Shown here: in pieces, positions 55,090 through 64,000 of the stretch
Layout: each line of letters opens with the position of its first letter
Numbering within the stretch: the stretch's first letter is position 1
NCBI GenBank assembly: GCA_964474425.1
Contig: CAYYTC010000006.1
Location: 20,503 to 84,502 of the forward strand
DNA: 64,000 nt
Direction: 5' to 3'
Source of the DNA: an uncultured Acidobacteriota bacterium
Lineage (GTDB): Bacteria; Acidobacteriota; UBA6911
Made by a program: the position numbers and the translations under genes
The notes under the pieces: generated by a model
What the model saw: only the letters and a program-made list of their open reading frames with translations
Told to the model about the DNA's origin: nothing
The model's database searches: none

Positions 55090-57110
55090 TTTGCCGATTT
55101 TTGTTTTCGCATCATTTGCTGAAGCATTTCCAGCTTTTGGCGAACCCTTTGGATGTCTTCCGGTTCTGTTCCGATGCTGACGGATCTCATCCAATAGCTC
55201 TGGGCTTTGGAAAAATCGCCGGTTTTATAATAGAGGTCTCCGAGATGGTCATCGATGACGGGATCGTTTTTGACCAGTTCGTCGGCCTGCAGCAGGTACT
55301 TTTCGGCATTCTCCAGGTCGTTCAGCTTGAAAAACGCCCAGCCGAGGGAATCGAGATAAGCCCCGTTATGGGGATCGATGGCCAGCGCGCCCTGGACGTA
55401 TTTGAGAGCTTCCTCGAGCCGGACTCCCCGGTCGGCCAGCATGTATCCGATGTAGTTCAGTGCGACGGCATTGTCCGGGTTGGCCTGCAAAATTTCCCGG
55501 AAAAGCGATTCCGCGCGATCGAAATCCCTCTGCTTCTCATAGACGGTTGCCCGCTGGAACTTCAATCTTTCCTTGTCCGATTCGTTTTCCAGCTTTTTCT
55601 CTTCGGCCCGGAGAAGTATTTTTTCCGCATCGCCGTATTTTTTGTCCTGCAGGTACACCTGGCTGAGATTTACGTAGATGTCGACGTTCATCGGATTGGA
55701 TTGCAGCAGCCGGGAGAGAATTTCAGCGCCTTCCCTGGTTTTGTTGGCGTCGGCCAGGGTCCGAGCGTATATGACGGCCGTATGGATGTCGCCGGGATCC
55801 TTTTCGTACAGCTGTTTTCCCAAGGACAGAGCCTTGTCGAACTGCCGGTCAATCCGGTAGGCATTCGCAAGCTGCGGATTGAATTTGGGATCGGACTTTG
55901 CCAGCTCCTGATAGATCGCGATGGCTTTTTCATTTTCTCCCATTTCCTGGTAGTCCGCAGCCAGATGCTGCTGGAATACAACCCGGTTGGCCTGGCCTTC
56001 CTCGTTGGCGTCCGTGGTTATTTCCAGCAGCCGGGAGAAGATTTTCGCAGCCTGCGCCGGTCTGCCGCTCTGCTCGTAAGCCGTGGCAAGATAAAACTGG
56101 GCTTCGATATCTTCGGGATTGACCGCAATTATTGATTGCAGGGTTTCGATTGCCCCGGGGTATTCCCGGCGGGCGATCTGCGATCGGCCCAGAAGCAGCT
56201 GAGCGTCCCTGTCTTTGGGCGCTGCCTTGACAAGATCCTCAAGGATGCGGGATGCCTCGTCGTACTCGCCCGCTTCGACGAGCGACGCGGCGAGCCGCCG
56301 GCTCACACTCGGGTTGTTTCCCGCAACTTTCAGGAATTTTTTGAAAATAGGGATTGCTTCCTTGTGCTTTCCCTGTCTTGCATAAATCGAGCCCAGCATG
56401 TAGAGGCTTTCGGCCGAATCCGGCCAGGCTTTCAAACCCCTGTCGAGGTATTCGATGGCCTTTTCGTAGTTGCCCTCGCGGTCATAGTACTTGGCAATTT
56501 CCCTGTAGCCGCTGTCCCCCTCAGGAGACAGACTCTGGTATTTCTCATACGACTGGATCGCCTTTTCCGGCTCGTCCATTTGGAAATAAGCCCAGCCCAG
56601 GGCAGAGAAGACCCGCTCGTCGTCAGGGGTCAGACTTTTCAGCAGTTCCAGTTCCTGGATCGCCTTTTTCATGTTATCGGCTGCGGCTGCACCCGGTTCC
56701 TGGGACTTGAAATAGATATTGGCCAAGAGCCAATGCGGATCCGGATCCTTGGGGTCAAGCCGGACTGCCTCCTGGGCATATTCAATCGCTTCGCGCAAGT
56801 TTCCGGATTTTTCCAGCAGGGATGCCAACTCTAGACGGATCGCAGGGCTATCGGGATTGTACTTCAGCGCCGTGTGCATCTCCGAAAGAGCTTTCGGCAA
56901 ATCTCCCCTGTCTTCACTCCATTTTGCAAGAGAGTAATGGTAATAGCTCGCGGCCCTATCCGCTGGAACCTGTTCTTCCAGGGCCTTATCCAGGTTAATC
57001 GGCTGCGAGGGACGAGGCATTTTCTCCTGGGCGGACGCCGCTACAAAAAAGAGCATTAAAGCCAGACACAGAATCCCGCATCTTAGATAAAGCAAGGAGC
57101 TGCATTTCAT
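55086..57110 (-). CDS. tetratricopeptide-repeat lipoprotein/secreted protein
   Basis: Signal peptide, then more than 15 TPR units. Confidence 0.8.
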   Translation of the reverse strand: MKCSSLLYLRCGILCLALMLFFVAASAQEKMPRPSQPINLDKALEEQVPADRAASYYHYSLAKWSEDRGDLPKALSEMHTALKYNPDSPAIRLELASLLEKSGNLREAIEYAQEAVRLDPKDPDPHWLLANIYFKSQEPGAAAADNMKKAIQELELLKSLTPDDERVFSALGWAYFQMDEPEKAIQSYEKYQSLSPEGDSGYREIAKYYDREGNYEKAIEYLDRGLKAWPDSAESLYMLGSIYARQGKHKEAIPIFKKFLKVAGNNPSVSRRLAASLVEAGEYDEASRILEDLVKAAPKDRDAQLLLGRSQIARREYPGAIETLQSIIAVNPEDIEAQFYLATAYEQSGRPAQAAKIFSRLLEITTDANEEGQANRVVFQQHLAADYQEMGENEKAIAIYQELAKSDPKFNPQLANAYRIDRQFDKALSLGKQLYEKDPGDIHTAVIYARTLADANKTREGAEILSRLLQSNPMNVDIYVNLSQVYLQDKKYGDAEKILLRAEEKKLENESDKERLKFQRATVYEKQRDFDRAESLFREILQANPDNAVALNYIGYMLADRGVRLEEALKYVQGALAIDPHNGAYLDSLGWAFFKLNDLENAEKYLLQADELVKNDPVIDDHLGDLYYKTGDFSKAQSYWMRSVSIGTEPEDIQRVRQKLEMLQQMMRKQKSAK

Positions 57111-57524
57111 AGGCGATCTGTTCCTTTATATCCAGGAATCCATTGCGTTAACAATTATGGCACATGAGGTTCATGGTTTCCACATTTCGTGCCGTCCCCG
57201 CGCCTGAGTTTACAAAGAACAGCAACTTCAGGCTTTCCCATGGGCGTTTTGTGGGTTCCTATTCCACGTATAGGATTGAGCCGCGGAGTACGCCTGTTTC
57301 AGCAACGGATTGGGTGTGCAGGTCAGGCAGAGCTTGCGGCTTCCGACCTTCCACTTCGGATTGTTGCACAATGGTGCGTCTATCTTGCCCCCAATCCAGC
57401 ATTTAAGGCGGGGCATTGCGGGACAAGGCGTCGGGGAAACAGTCGTCTGCTTTTATTTTTGGCTCAAAAGACCGGCTGCCCATTAGATATCGGTAAGCAT
57501 ATAAATCTCACAAAGGAGGTTTCC

Positions 57525-57821
57525 ATGATATTCAAAAAGGTTAAGGCGGCTTGCCTGGTGATGCTGTTGTTGAGCATGGCTATGGGGCCTGTTTTAGCGC
57601 TGGCTCAAAAATCCAGCCCGGCATCGACGGAGAAGATAAATCTGAATACAGCAACCGTCGAGCAGCTTCAATCTCTTCCCGGGATCGGGCCCTCGATTGC
57701 CAAAAGCATTTTGGATCACCGGGCCAAAGTGGGGAAATTCAATCGCATTGAAGAAGTCATCAATGTGAAAGGGGTCGGGGAGAAGAAGTTTCAGAAAATA
57801 AAAGACCGCCTGGTGGTTTAG
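57525..57821 (+). CDS. ComEA-like secreted helix-hairpin-helix DNA-binding protein
   Basis: Signal peptide plus LNTATVEQLQSLPGIGPSIAKSILDHR...VKGVGEKKFQKIKD (tandem HhH). RBS AAAGGAGG upstream. Confidence 0.75.
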   Translation: MIFKKVKAACLVMLLLSMAMGPVLALAQKSSPASTEKINLNTATVEQLQSLPGIGPSIAKSILDHRAKVGKFNRIEEVINVKGVGEKKFQKIKDRLVV

Positions 57822-57835
57822 GCGCCCGCATCTTC

Positions 57836-57887
57836 GAGTCTTCGAGTCCCAGAGGCCCGCGACCTGCCTTAAAAGCTCGAAGACTCG
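57836..57887. terminator. bidirectional inverted repeat between the convergent comEA-like gene and truB
   Basis: TCTTCGAGTCTTCGAGTC ... GCTCGAAGACTCGAAGG (about 16-bp stem, about 30-nt loop). Confidence 0.5.
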
Positions 57888-57901
57888 AAGGTTTCGCCGA
57901 T

Positions 57902-58816
57902 TCAATTGCTGAAAATCAGATGGGGATGGATCCGGATCCATTGGGCCGGTTGCGCGACGGGAGGAGAGAACGATTGAATGCGTCGGGCAAGGGCAATGAG
58001 TTCGCCCGATTCATCGAGCATGCGGAATTCCTCCGATTCCCAATCGGCGCTGATGAGGTTCAGGTCCATTCCGTGAATCAGCTTTTTCCTGTCTCCCTCG
58101 GAAATCACTATAGCGGGAATCTCGTGGAGAAGATCGCGCATCGGCATAATCCGGCTCAGGAAAAACTCCCTGGATGGGAAATCCGAACCCTCATTCAGGG
58201 CAACGGCCGCCTCAATCGAAAATTCGCCGCTGCGAGTCCGCCTCAGACGGACGAGATGGGCGCCGCATCCATAATCCCTGCCGATGTCATGGGCCAGACT
58301 CCGCGCGTAGGTCCCCGTGGTGCAGGCGAGTTCGAATTCGGCCTCGCAACCATCCACCGCAAGCAGTTTCAGAGATTTGATGGTAACGGCCTTGGTCGCC
58401 TGGCCCATATCGATGCCTTTTCGGGCGTAGGAATACATGGGCCTGCCCTGTATTTTCTTGGCTGAATAGGGAGGCAGCGTCTGATGGATCGGGCCGAGGT
58501 ACGCGGCGAAAATTTCCTGAAGCCGGGGCATGTCCAGCTGGGGACGGCAGTCATCCCCGAGCGGCTCGCCGTCCACGTCATAGGTGGTGGTCGCGAAGCC
58601 GAAACGCATGACTCCGTGATAGGTCTTGTCGGAGGCAAGAAAATAATTCGTCAGCCGGGTGGCATGGCCGAGAGTGAGAGGAAGGACGCCGGTGGCAAAA
58701 GGGTCGAGGGTACCGGTGTGCCCCACTTTCCTGATCTTGGTCAGATTCCGGATTTTGGCCACAACGTCGTGTGAGGTCCATCCGGAAGGTTTGTCAATGA
58801 TCAACACCCCATCCAT
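57902..58816 (-). CDS. truB: tRNA pseudouridine-55 synthase
   Basis: GVLIIDKPSGWTSHDVV...VGHTGTLDPFATGVLPL (catalytic Asp). Confidence 0.9.
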   Translation of the reverse strand: MDGVLIIDKPSGWTSHDVVAKIRNLTKIRKVGHTGTLDPFATGVLPLTLGHATRLTNYFLASDKTYHGVMRFGFATTTYDVDGEPLGDDCRPQLDMPRLQEIFAAYLGPIHQTLPPYSAKKIQGRPMYSYARKGIDMGQATKAVTIKSLKLLAVDGCEAEFELACTTGTYARSLAHDIGRDYGCGAHLVRLRRTRSGEFSIEAAVALNEGSDFPSREFFLSRIMPMRDLLHEIPAIVISEGDRKKLIHGMDLNLISADWESEEFRMLDESGELIALARRIQSFSPPVAQPAQWIRIHPHLIFSN

Positions 58817-58817
58817 G

Positions 58818-59174
58818 TCAGCTTTCCTCATGCTCCCGGATTTCGTCTATGAGCCGGTCGATATGTTCCCCGTAATCCTGCGAGGTATCGGCCAGAAACA
58901 CCAGGTCGGGCAAAAATTTCATGCGGATCCTTTGCCCAAGCTCGTGCCGAATCCAGCCGGATGCATGGTTGAGTGTTTCCAGGCTTTCTTTTTTTTCGCT
59001 CTCGGATCCCATCTGTGAGACGTATATCTTTGCGTGCCTCAGGTCCGGAGTCATCTGCACTCCCGTGACGGTCACAAAGCCGATTCTTCTATCTTTCATG
59101 TCGCGGGAGATCATCAGGCTAACTTCGTGCTGAATCTGAAGCGCGATTCTTTGGGGCCTTCGGGATGGCTGCAT
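58818..59174 (-). CDS. rbfA: ribosome-binding factor A
   Basis: RIALQIQHEVSLMISRDMKDRRIGFVTVTGVQMTPDLRHAKIYVS. Confidence 0.85.
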   Translation of the reverse strand: MQPSRRPQRIALQIQHEVSLMISRDMKDRRIGFVTVTGVQMTPDLRHAKIYVSQMGSESEKKESLETLNHASGWIRHELGQRIRMKFLPDLVFLADTSQDYGEHIDRLIDEIREHEES

Positions 59175-59182
59175 AAGGGGCT

Positions 59183-59470
59183 CTATGGATCAATAAATGA
59201 GACCTGGCAATCGATCAGGATGCCTTCGAGAATATTTTCGGCCTCACGGACGAATTGCTGGGTGACGCGTTCCAGGACCGTATGGTCGGCGCCCACCGTG
59301 ACCGCGGCCAGCTTCGCGCGCTGCCACAAGTCCTGGTAATCGACTTCCGCGATCGAGAAATTCGATCTCGCGCGCAGACGGTCCTGAGCCTTCCGCAGCA
59401 CCATCCGCTTTTCTTTAAGCGACTGGGAATAGGGCAGGAAAAGCTCCAAGGTGCAGTAGGCTATCGGCAT
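59183..59470 (-). CDS. DUF503 (YlxP-like) protein
   Basis: Conserved position between infB and rbfA. The ORF-track N-terminal extension translates the heptamer repeats and is rejected; start taken at MPIAYC. Confidence 0.7.
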   Translation of the reverse strand: MPIAYCTLELFLPYSQSLKEKRMVLRKAQDRLRARSNFSIAEVDYQDLWQRAKLAAVTVGADHTVLERVTQQFVREAENILEGILIDCQVSFIDP

Positions 59471-59542
59471 TTCACATTTACGATTTACGATTGACGATTG
59501 CAGCCTGATTCCAATCGTCAATCGTAAATTGTCAATCGTCAA
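59471..59542 (+). repeat. palindromic tandem-heptamer element between infB and the DUF503 gene
   Basis: TTTACGATTTACGATTGACGATTG-cagcctgattc-CAATCGTCAATCGTAAATTGTCAATCGTCAAT. About 22-bp near-perfect stem built from ACGATTG/CAATCGT units. Confidence 0.65.
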
Positions 59543-62305
59543 TTAGAGAGAGGTGGGCTGGACTTTTTCAATGACATAAGCCTCGATGATGTCGCCCACC
59601 TTCACATCGGAAAAATGCTCGAACCCGATGCCGCACTCGAATCCCGATTTCACTTCGGAGACATCGTCCTTGAAACGGCGCAGCGAGCCGATTTTGCCTT
59701 CGTGGATTACGGCATTATCCCGGAGCAGCCGGGCTTCGGAGTTGCGTCGAATAACGCCATCGAGCACATAGGAGCCCGCGATAAATCCGAACTTGGGTAC
59801 TTTGAACGTGTCGCGGACTTCGGCACGGCCCACATATTTCTCGTGGGTTGTGTATTCCAGCATGCCGATCATCGCCGCGCGGATATCGTTGGACAGGTTG
59901 TATATGATGGTATAAAGCCTGATTTCGACGCCTTCCGCGTCCGCCAGTTCCTGGGCTTTGCGCTCGGGCCTGACGTTGAACCCGATGATGATGGCATTCG
60001 AGGCGGATGCAAGCAGGACATCGGTCTCGGTTACTGCGCCTGCTCCGCTGTGCAGTATCTTTACCTTGGCTTTTTCGGTGCTGAGCTTGTTCAGCATGTC
60101 GGTGATGACTTCCACCGAACCCTGTACGTCGCCTTTGACGATGAGCGGAAGCTCTTTGACCGTTCCTTCCTTCATCTGCTCGTAGAGAGCCTGCAGGGAA
60201 AGCCGCGATGTCTTGCGCAGCGATTGCTCCCGTTCCTTCGCCTGGCGGTATTCGGCCACCTGCCGGGCCTTGTTGGCGTCCTCGAACACCTGGAGGGTGT
60301 CTCCCGCAAAAGGCAGGTCCTGAAGCCCCTGTATTTCCACGGGCATCGAAGGTCCTGCGGTGATTACGTTGCTGCCGCGGTCGTTGATAAGAGCGCGCAC
60401 GCGCCCGTGCACCGATCCGGCGACGAAAGAATCTCCCAGCTCCAGCGTCCCGTTTTGAACAAGGACGGTCGCTACGCATCCGCGCCCCTTATCCACCTTG
60501 GCTTCCAGAACGACGCCGGAGGCCAGCCGCCGCGGATTTGCTTTGAGGTCTTTCATGTCCGCCACCAGGAGAATCATCTCGAGCAGCAGATCGATATTGG
60601 AGCGCTGTTTAGCAGAAACCGGGACGGTCACTATGTCTCCGCCCCAGTCTTCGGCCAGGAGACCCTGGTCCGAGAGCGCCTGTTTGACCCGATCGATCTG
60701 GGCTCCGGCCTTATCGATCTTGTTGATGGCCGCGATGATGGGCACGTTGGCCGCTTTGGCATGGTGTATGGCTTCGATGGTCTGCGGCATCACCCCGTCA
60801 TCGGCGGCGACCACCAGCACAACGATATCGGTGGCCTGGGCGCCGCGGGCGCGCATCATCGTGAAAGCTTCATGGCCCGGAGTATCCAGGAAAACGATGC
60901 TCCGGCCGCGGATATCTACCTGATAGGCGCCGATGTGCTGGGTGATTCCCCCTTCTTCGGTCGCCGTGACGTTTGTTTCGCGAATCGCGTCCAGCAGGGA
61001 TGTCTTGCCGTGATCCACGTGGCCCATGATAGTAACGACGGGCGGTCTGGCTACATGATCTTCGGGATTGTCTGCCACTTCCTGTTTAGCCTCGGCTTCC
61101 TGTTCAAAACTGATGACATCAGCCCGGAATCCGAACTCGGCGCAGACTTCCTTCGCCGCATCCAGATCGAGTGCCTGATTGATGGAAGCGAGAACTCCTT
61201 TTGAAATTAGCTTTTGAATGATGTATTTGGACTTGATATCCATCTTCTCCGCCAGTTCCTTGATTGTGACCCCCTCCGTGATGGATATCGGTCTGAAATC
61301 TTCCGGGGATGCCGGCGGCCGCGGCAGGTCGACCACTTTGGGCGCCCTTTCAATAATTTCGGGCTTCCCAGTCTTTTTCCTCCGGACAAGTCTCGACGGG
61401 GCAAAAGCCCTCTGCGCAGTCGGCCTGTCCTGAAGCCCCCTCAGGATGCGGTCTGTGATTTCAGGGGTCACGACTCTTTCCGTGCTTGTCCGCATTAGGA
61501 TTTTCGTCTTCGCTTTGGGAACGACTATTTTCTTGGAGACGATTCCAGGATGCGCCGCCGGCTCCGCTGCCTTCGCGGGAGGCTGTTGTGCCGCCTCAGC
61601 CGGTCGGGCTGCTTCAGGCGCCGGCTTCGCAATTTGCGGAGGTTCGAGTATCGGGGCTGCCGGAGGCGTTTCAGGCTCAGCCGCAGGACCCGAAATTTCG
61701 GGCGGAGCCTCGATCTCGACCGCCGCTTCCTCTGCCGGCGGCAGGACGGCGGGCGGAACAGCAGGCTCCGCCTCGACGGGTTCTGCGGGCAGGATTTCAG
61801 CCAGGGCCGGCACCTCCGCCGGTTTTTCAGCCGCTTTGGCTGCAACCTGATCTACAAGCCCGGCAGACTCGCGGTCATAATGTTTGCGTCCCTTGCGAGG
61901 CGCGAGGGAGATTTTCGGGGCAGGTTCCTCGGGCTTTACCTCTACGACCTTCTCGACCTTGACCTTGGCCGCCTTTTTCGCCTTTTGAGGGACGGCGGGG
62001 GCGACGGGTTGGGGTTCGGCAGCCTTTGCGGCGGCCTTCTTCGGGGGTTTCTTATCCGCCTTCTTGTTTGCCTCGGCTTCCTTTTTCTTTTCCGCTTCCA
62101 GCGCCTTGGCTTCTTCGGCTTCCCTTTGCGAGAGGATTTTTTTGCGGATGGTCTCGGCGAAATTCACGTCAATCGTCGCAGCGGGCGATACCACATACAG
62201 ACCCAGGCGCTTCAGTTCAGCGAGCACTACCTGGTTCTTTACTGAACATTCTGTCGCCAGTTCCGCGACCGTAATCTTATCCATTTGCGCAAAGACCTCT
62301 GCCAA
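59543..62305 (-). CDS. infB: translation initiation factor IF-2
   Basis: 920 aa. Low-complexity Ala/Pro/Glu/Lys N-region, G-domain (GHVDHGKTSLLD, DTPGH, NKIDK). Confidence 0.95.
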   Translation of the reverse strand: MAEVFAQMDKITVAELATECSVKNQVVLAELKRLGLYVVSPAATIDVNFAETIRKKILSQREAEEAKALEAEKKKEAEANKKADKKPPKKAAAKAAEPQPVAPAVPQKAKKAAKVKVEKVVEVKPEEPAPKISLAPRKGRKHYDRESAGLVDQVAAKAAEKPAEVPALAEILPAEPVEAEPAVPPAVLPPAEEAAVEIEAPPEISGPAAEPETPPAAPILEPPQIAKPAPEAARPAEAAQQPPAKAAEPAAHPGIVSKKIVVPKAKTKILMRTSTERVVTPEITDRILRGLQDRPTAQRAFAPSRLVRRKKTGKPEIIERAPKVVDLPRPPASPEDFRPISITEGVTIKELAEKMDIKSKYIIQKLISKGVLASINQALDLDAAKEVCAEFGFRADVISFEQEAEAKQEVADNPEDHVARPPVVTIMGHVDHGKTSLLDAIRETNVTATEEGGITQHIGAYQVDIRGRSIVFLDTPGHEAFTMMRARGAQATDIVVLVVAADDGVMPQTIEAIHHAKAANVPIIAAINKIDKAGAQIDRVKQALSDQGLLAEDWGGDIVTVPVSAKQRSNIDLLLEMILLVADMKDLKANPRRLASGVVLEAKVDKGRGCVATVLVQNGTLELGDSFVAGSVHGRVRALINDRGSNVITAGPSMPVEIQGLQDLPFAGDTLQVFEDANKARQVAEYRQAKEREQSLRKTSRLSLQALYEQMKEGTVKELPLIVKGDVQGSVEVITDMLNKLSTEKAKVKILHSGAGAVTETDVLLASASNAIIIGFNVRPERKAQELADAEGVEIRLYTIIYNLSNDIRAAMIGMLEYTTHEKYVGRAEVRDTFKVPKFGFIAGSYVLDGVIRRNSEARLLRDNAVIHEGKIGSLRRFKDDVSEVKSGFECGIGFEHFSDVKVGDIIEAYVIEKVQPTSL

Positions 62306-62423
62306 GTTTATCTTCGGGCCTGGCTTATAAGAGTCAAATTACAAATCTTAAATCAAAACTGCTATCGTTTGCAACCGCCGGATTTTGCTCAGAAGGATTT
62401 CAGGAAGGCGCCACCAATCCCGG

Positions 62424-63908
<1,485 letters not shown>

Positions 63909-63911
63909 ATT

Positions 63912-64000
63912 TCAGGACCCCTGAGGCCTCATGCTCAAATCCCCTATCAAGCTGGCCTTTTCGATGTCCGCCAGCGCGATTTCAACCTGTTTGCCCGGGG
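63912..64000 (-). CDS. rimP: ribosome maturation factor RimP, 3' partial (continues beyond the window)
   Basis: Open frame ending ...MRPQGS-stop immediately upstream of nusA, the conserved rimP-nusA-infB order. Only about 29 codons visible. Confidence 0.45.
   Translation of the reverse strand, partial: PGKQVEIALADIEKASLIGDLSMRPQGS

Noticed and set aside
27477-59542. Tandem 7-mer arrays considered as CRISPR or as coding repeats
   Set aside because: Units are 7 nt with no spacers. Arrays are intergenic and partly palindromic. No cas genes in the window.

Overview
This is a high-GC (about 60%) bacterial chromosomal segment. Its gene content suggests a strictly anaerobic, probably deltaproteobacterial/Desulfobacterota-like organism, but that is inference; I cannot run searches. 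All calls below rest on motifs I could read directly in the translated ORFs.

Layout, in order:
- tRNA-Cys, then a TerC/Alx-family membrane protein.
- A three-gene RND efflux operon on the minus strand (MFP, AcrB-type pump, outer-membrane factor).
- corA, divergent from a double zinc-ribbon protein and a secreted papain-like protease with two FN3 modules.
- A roughly 16.5 kb, 15-gene same-strand hydrogenase locus (13739-30264). Its core is a Hyf-type group-4 [NiFe] formate hydrogenlyase: hyfD/hyfB-like antiporter subunits, HycE-type large subunit, HycD, HycF, HyfE, HyfF, HycG small subunit, HycI protease, HycB ferredoxin and a selenocysteine formate dehydrogenase H (in-frame UGA plus a SECIS-like hairpin). 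It is preceded by an unusual accessory module: ferredoxin, an [FeFe]-hydrogenase H-domain protein with a non-canonical L1 motif, a second ferredoxin, and a truncated aldehyde:ferredoxin oxidoreductase-like protein.
- Downstream: an SDR/DUF2867 protein, a small-protein/nucleotidyltransferase pair, an AT-rich ORF-poor island, a bicupin, glgB, a TAT-signal dienelactone hydrolase, ThiF/MoeB and an aminotransferase.
- An SLC11/NRAMP-family transporter whose metal-site motifs match the Mg2+-transporting NRMT type, co-transcribed with a stand-alone MgtE-N/CBS cytoplasmic-domain protein. This sits divergent from an ECF Cbi/NikMN-Q-O transporter.
- Then xth, alr, dnaB, rplI-rpsR-rpsF, pth, ctc, prs, tRNA-Gln, ispE, a TPR lipoprotein, a ComEA-like HhH protein, truB-rbfA-DUF503-infB-nusA and the 3' end of rimP.

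A lineage-specific family of palindromic tandem 7-mer repeats (GATTGAC/GTCAATC and relatives) occupies several intergenic gaps around dnaB, rplI, infB and the hycI/hycB junction.

My manual coordinates may be off by 1-2 nt in places. CDS coordinates follow the supplied ORF track where possible.
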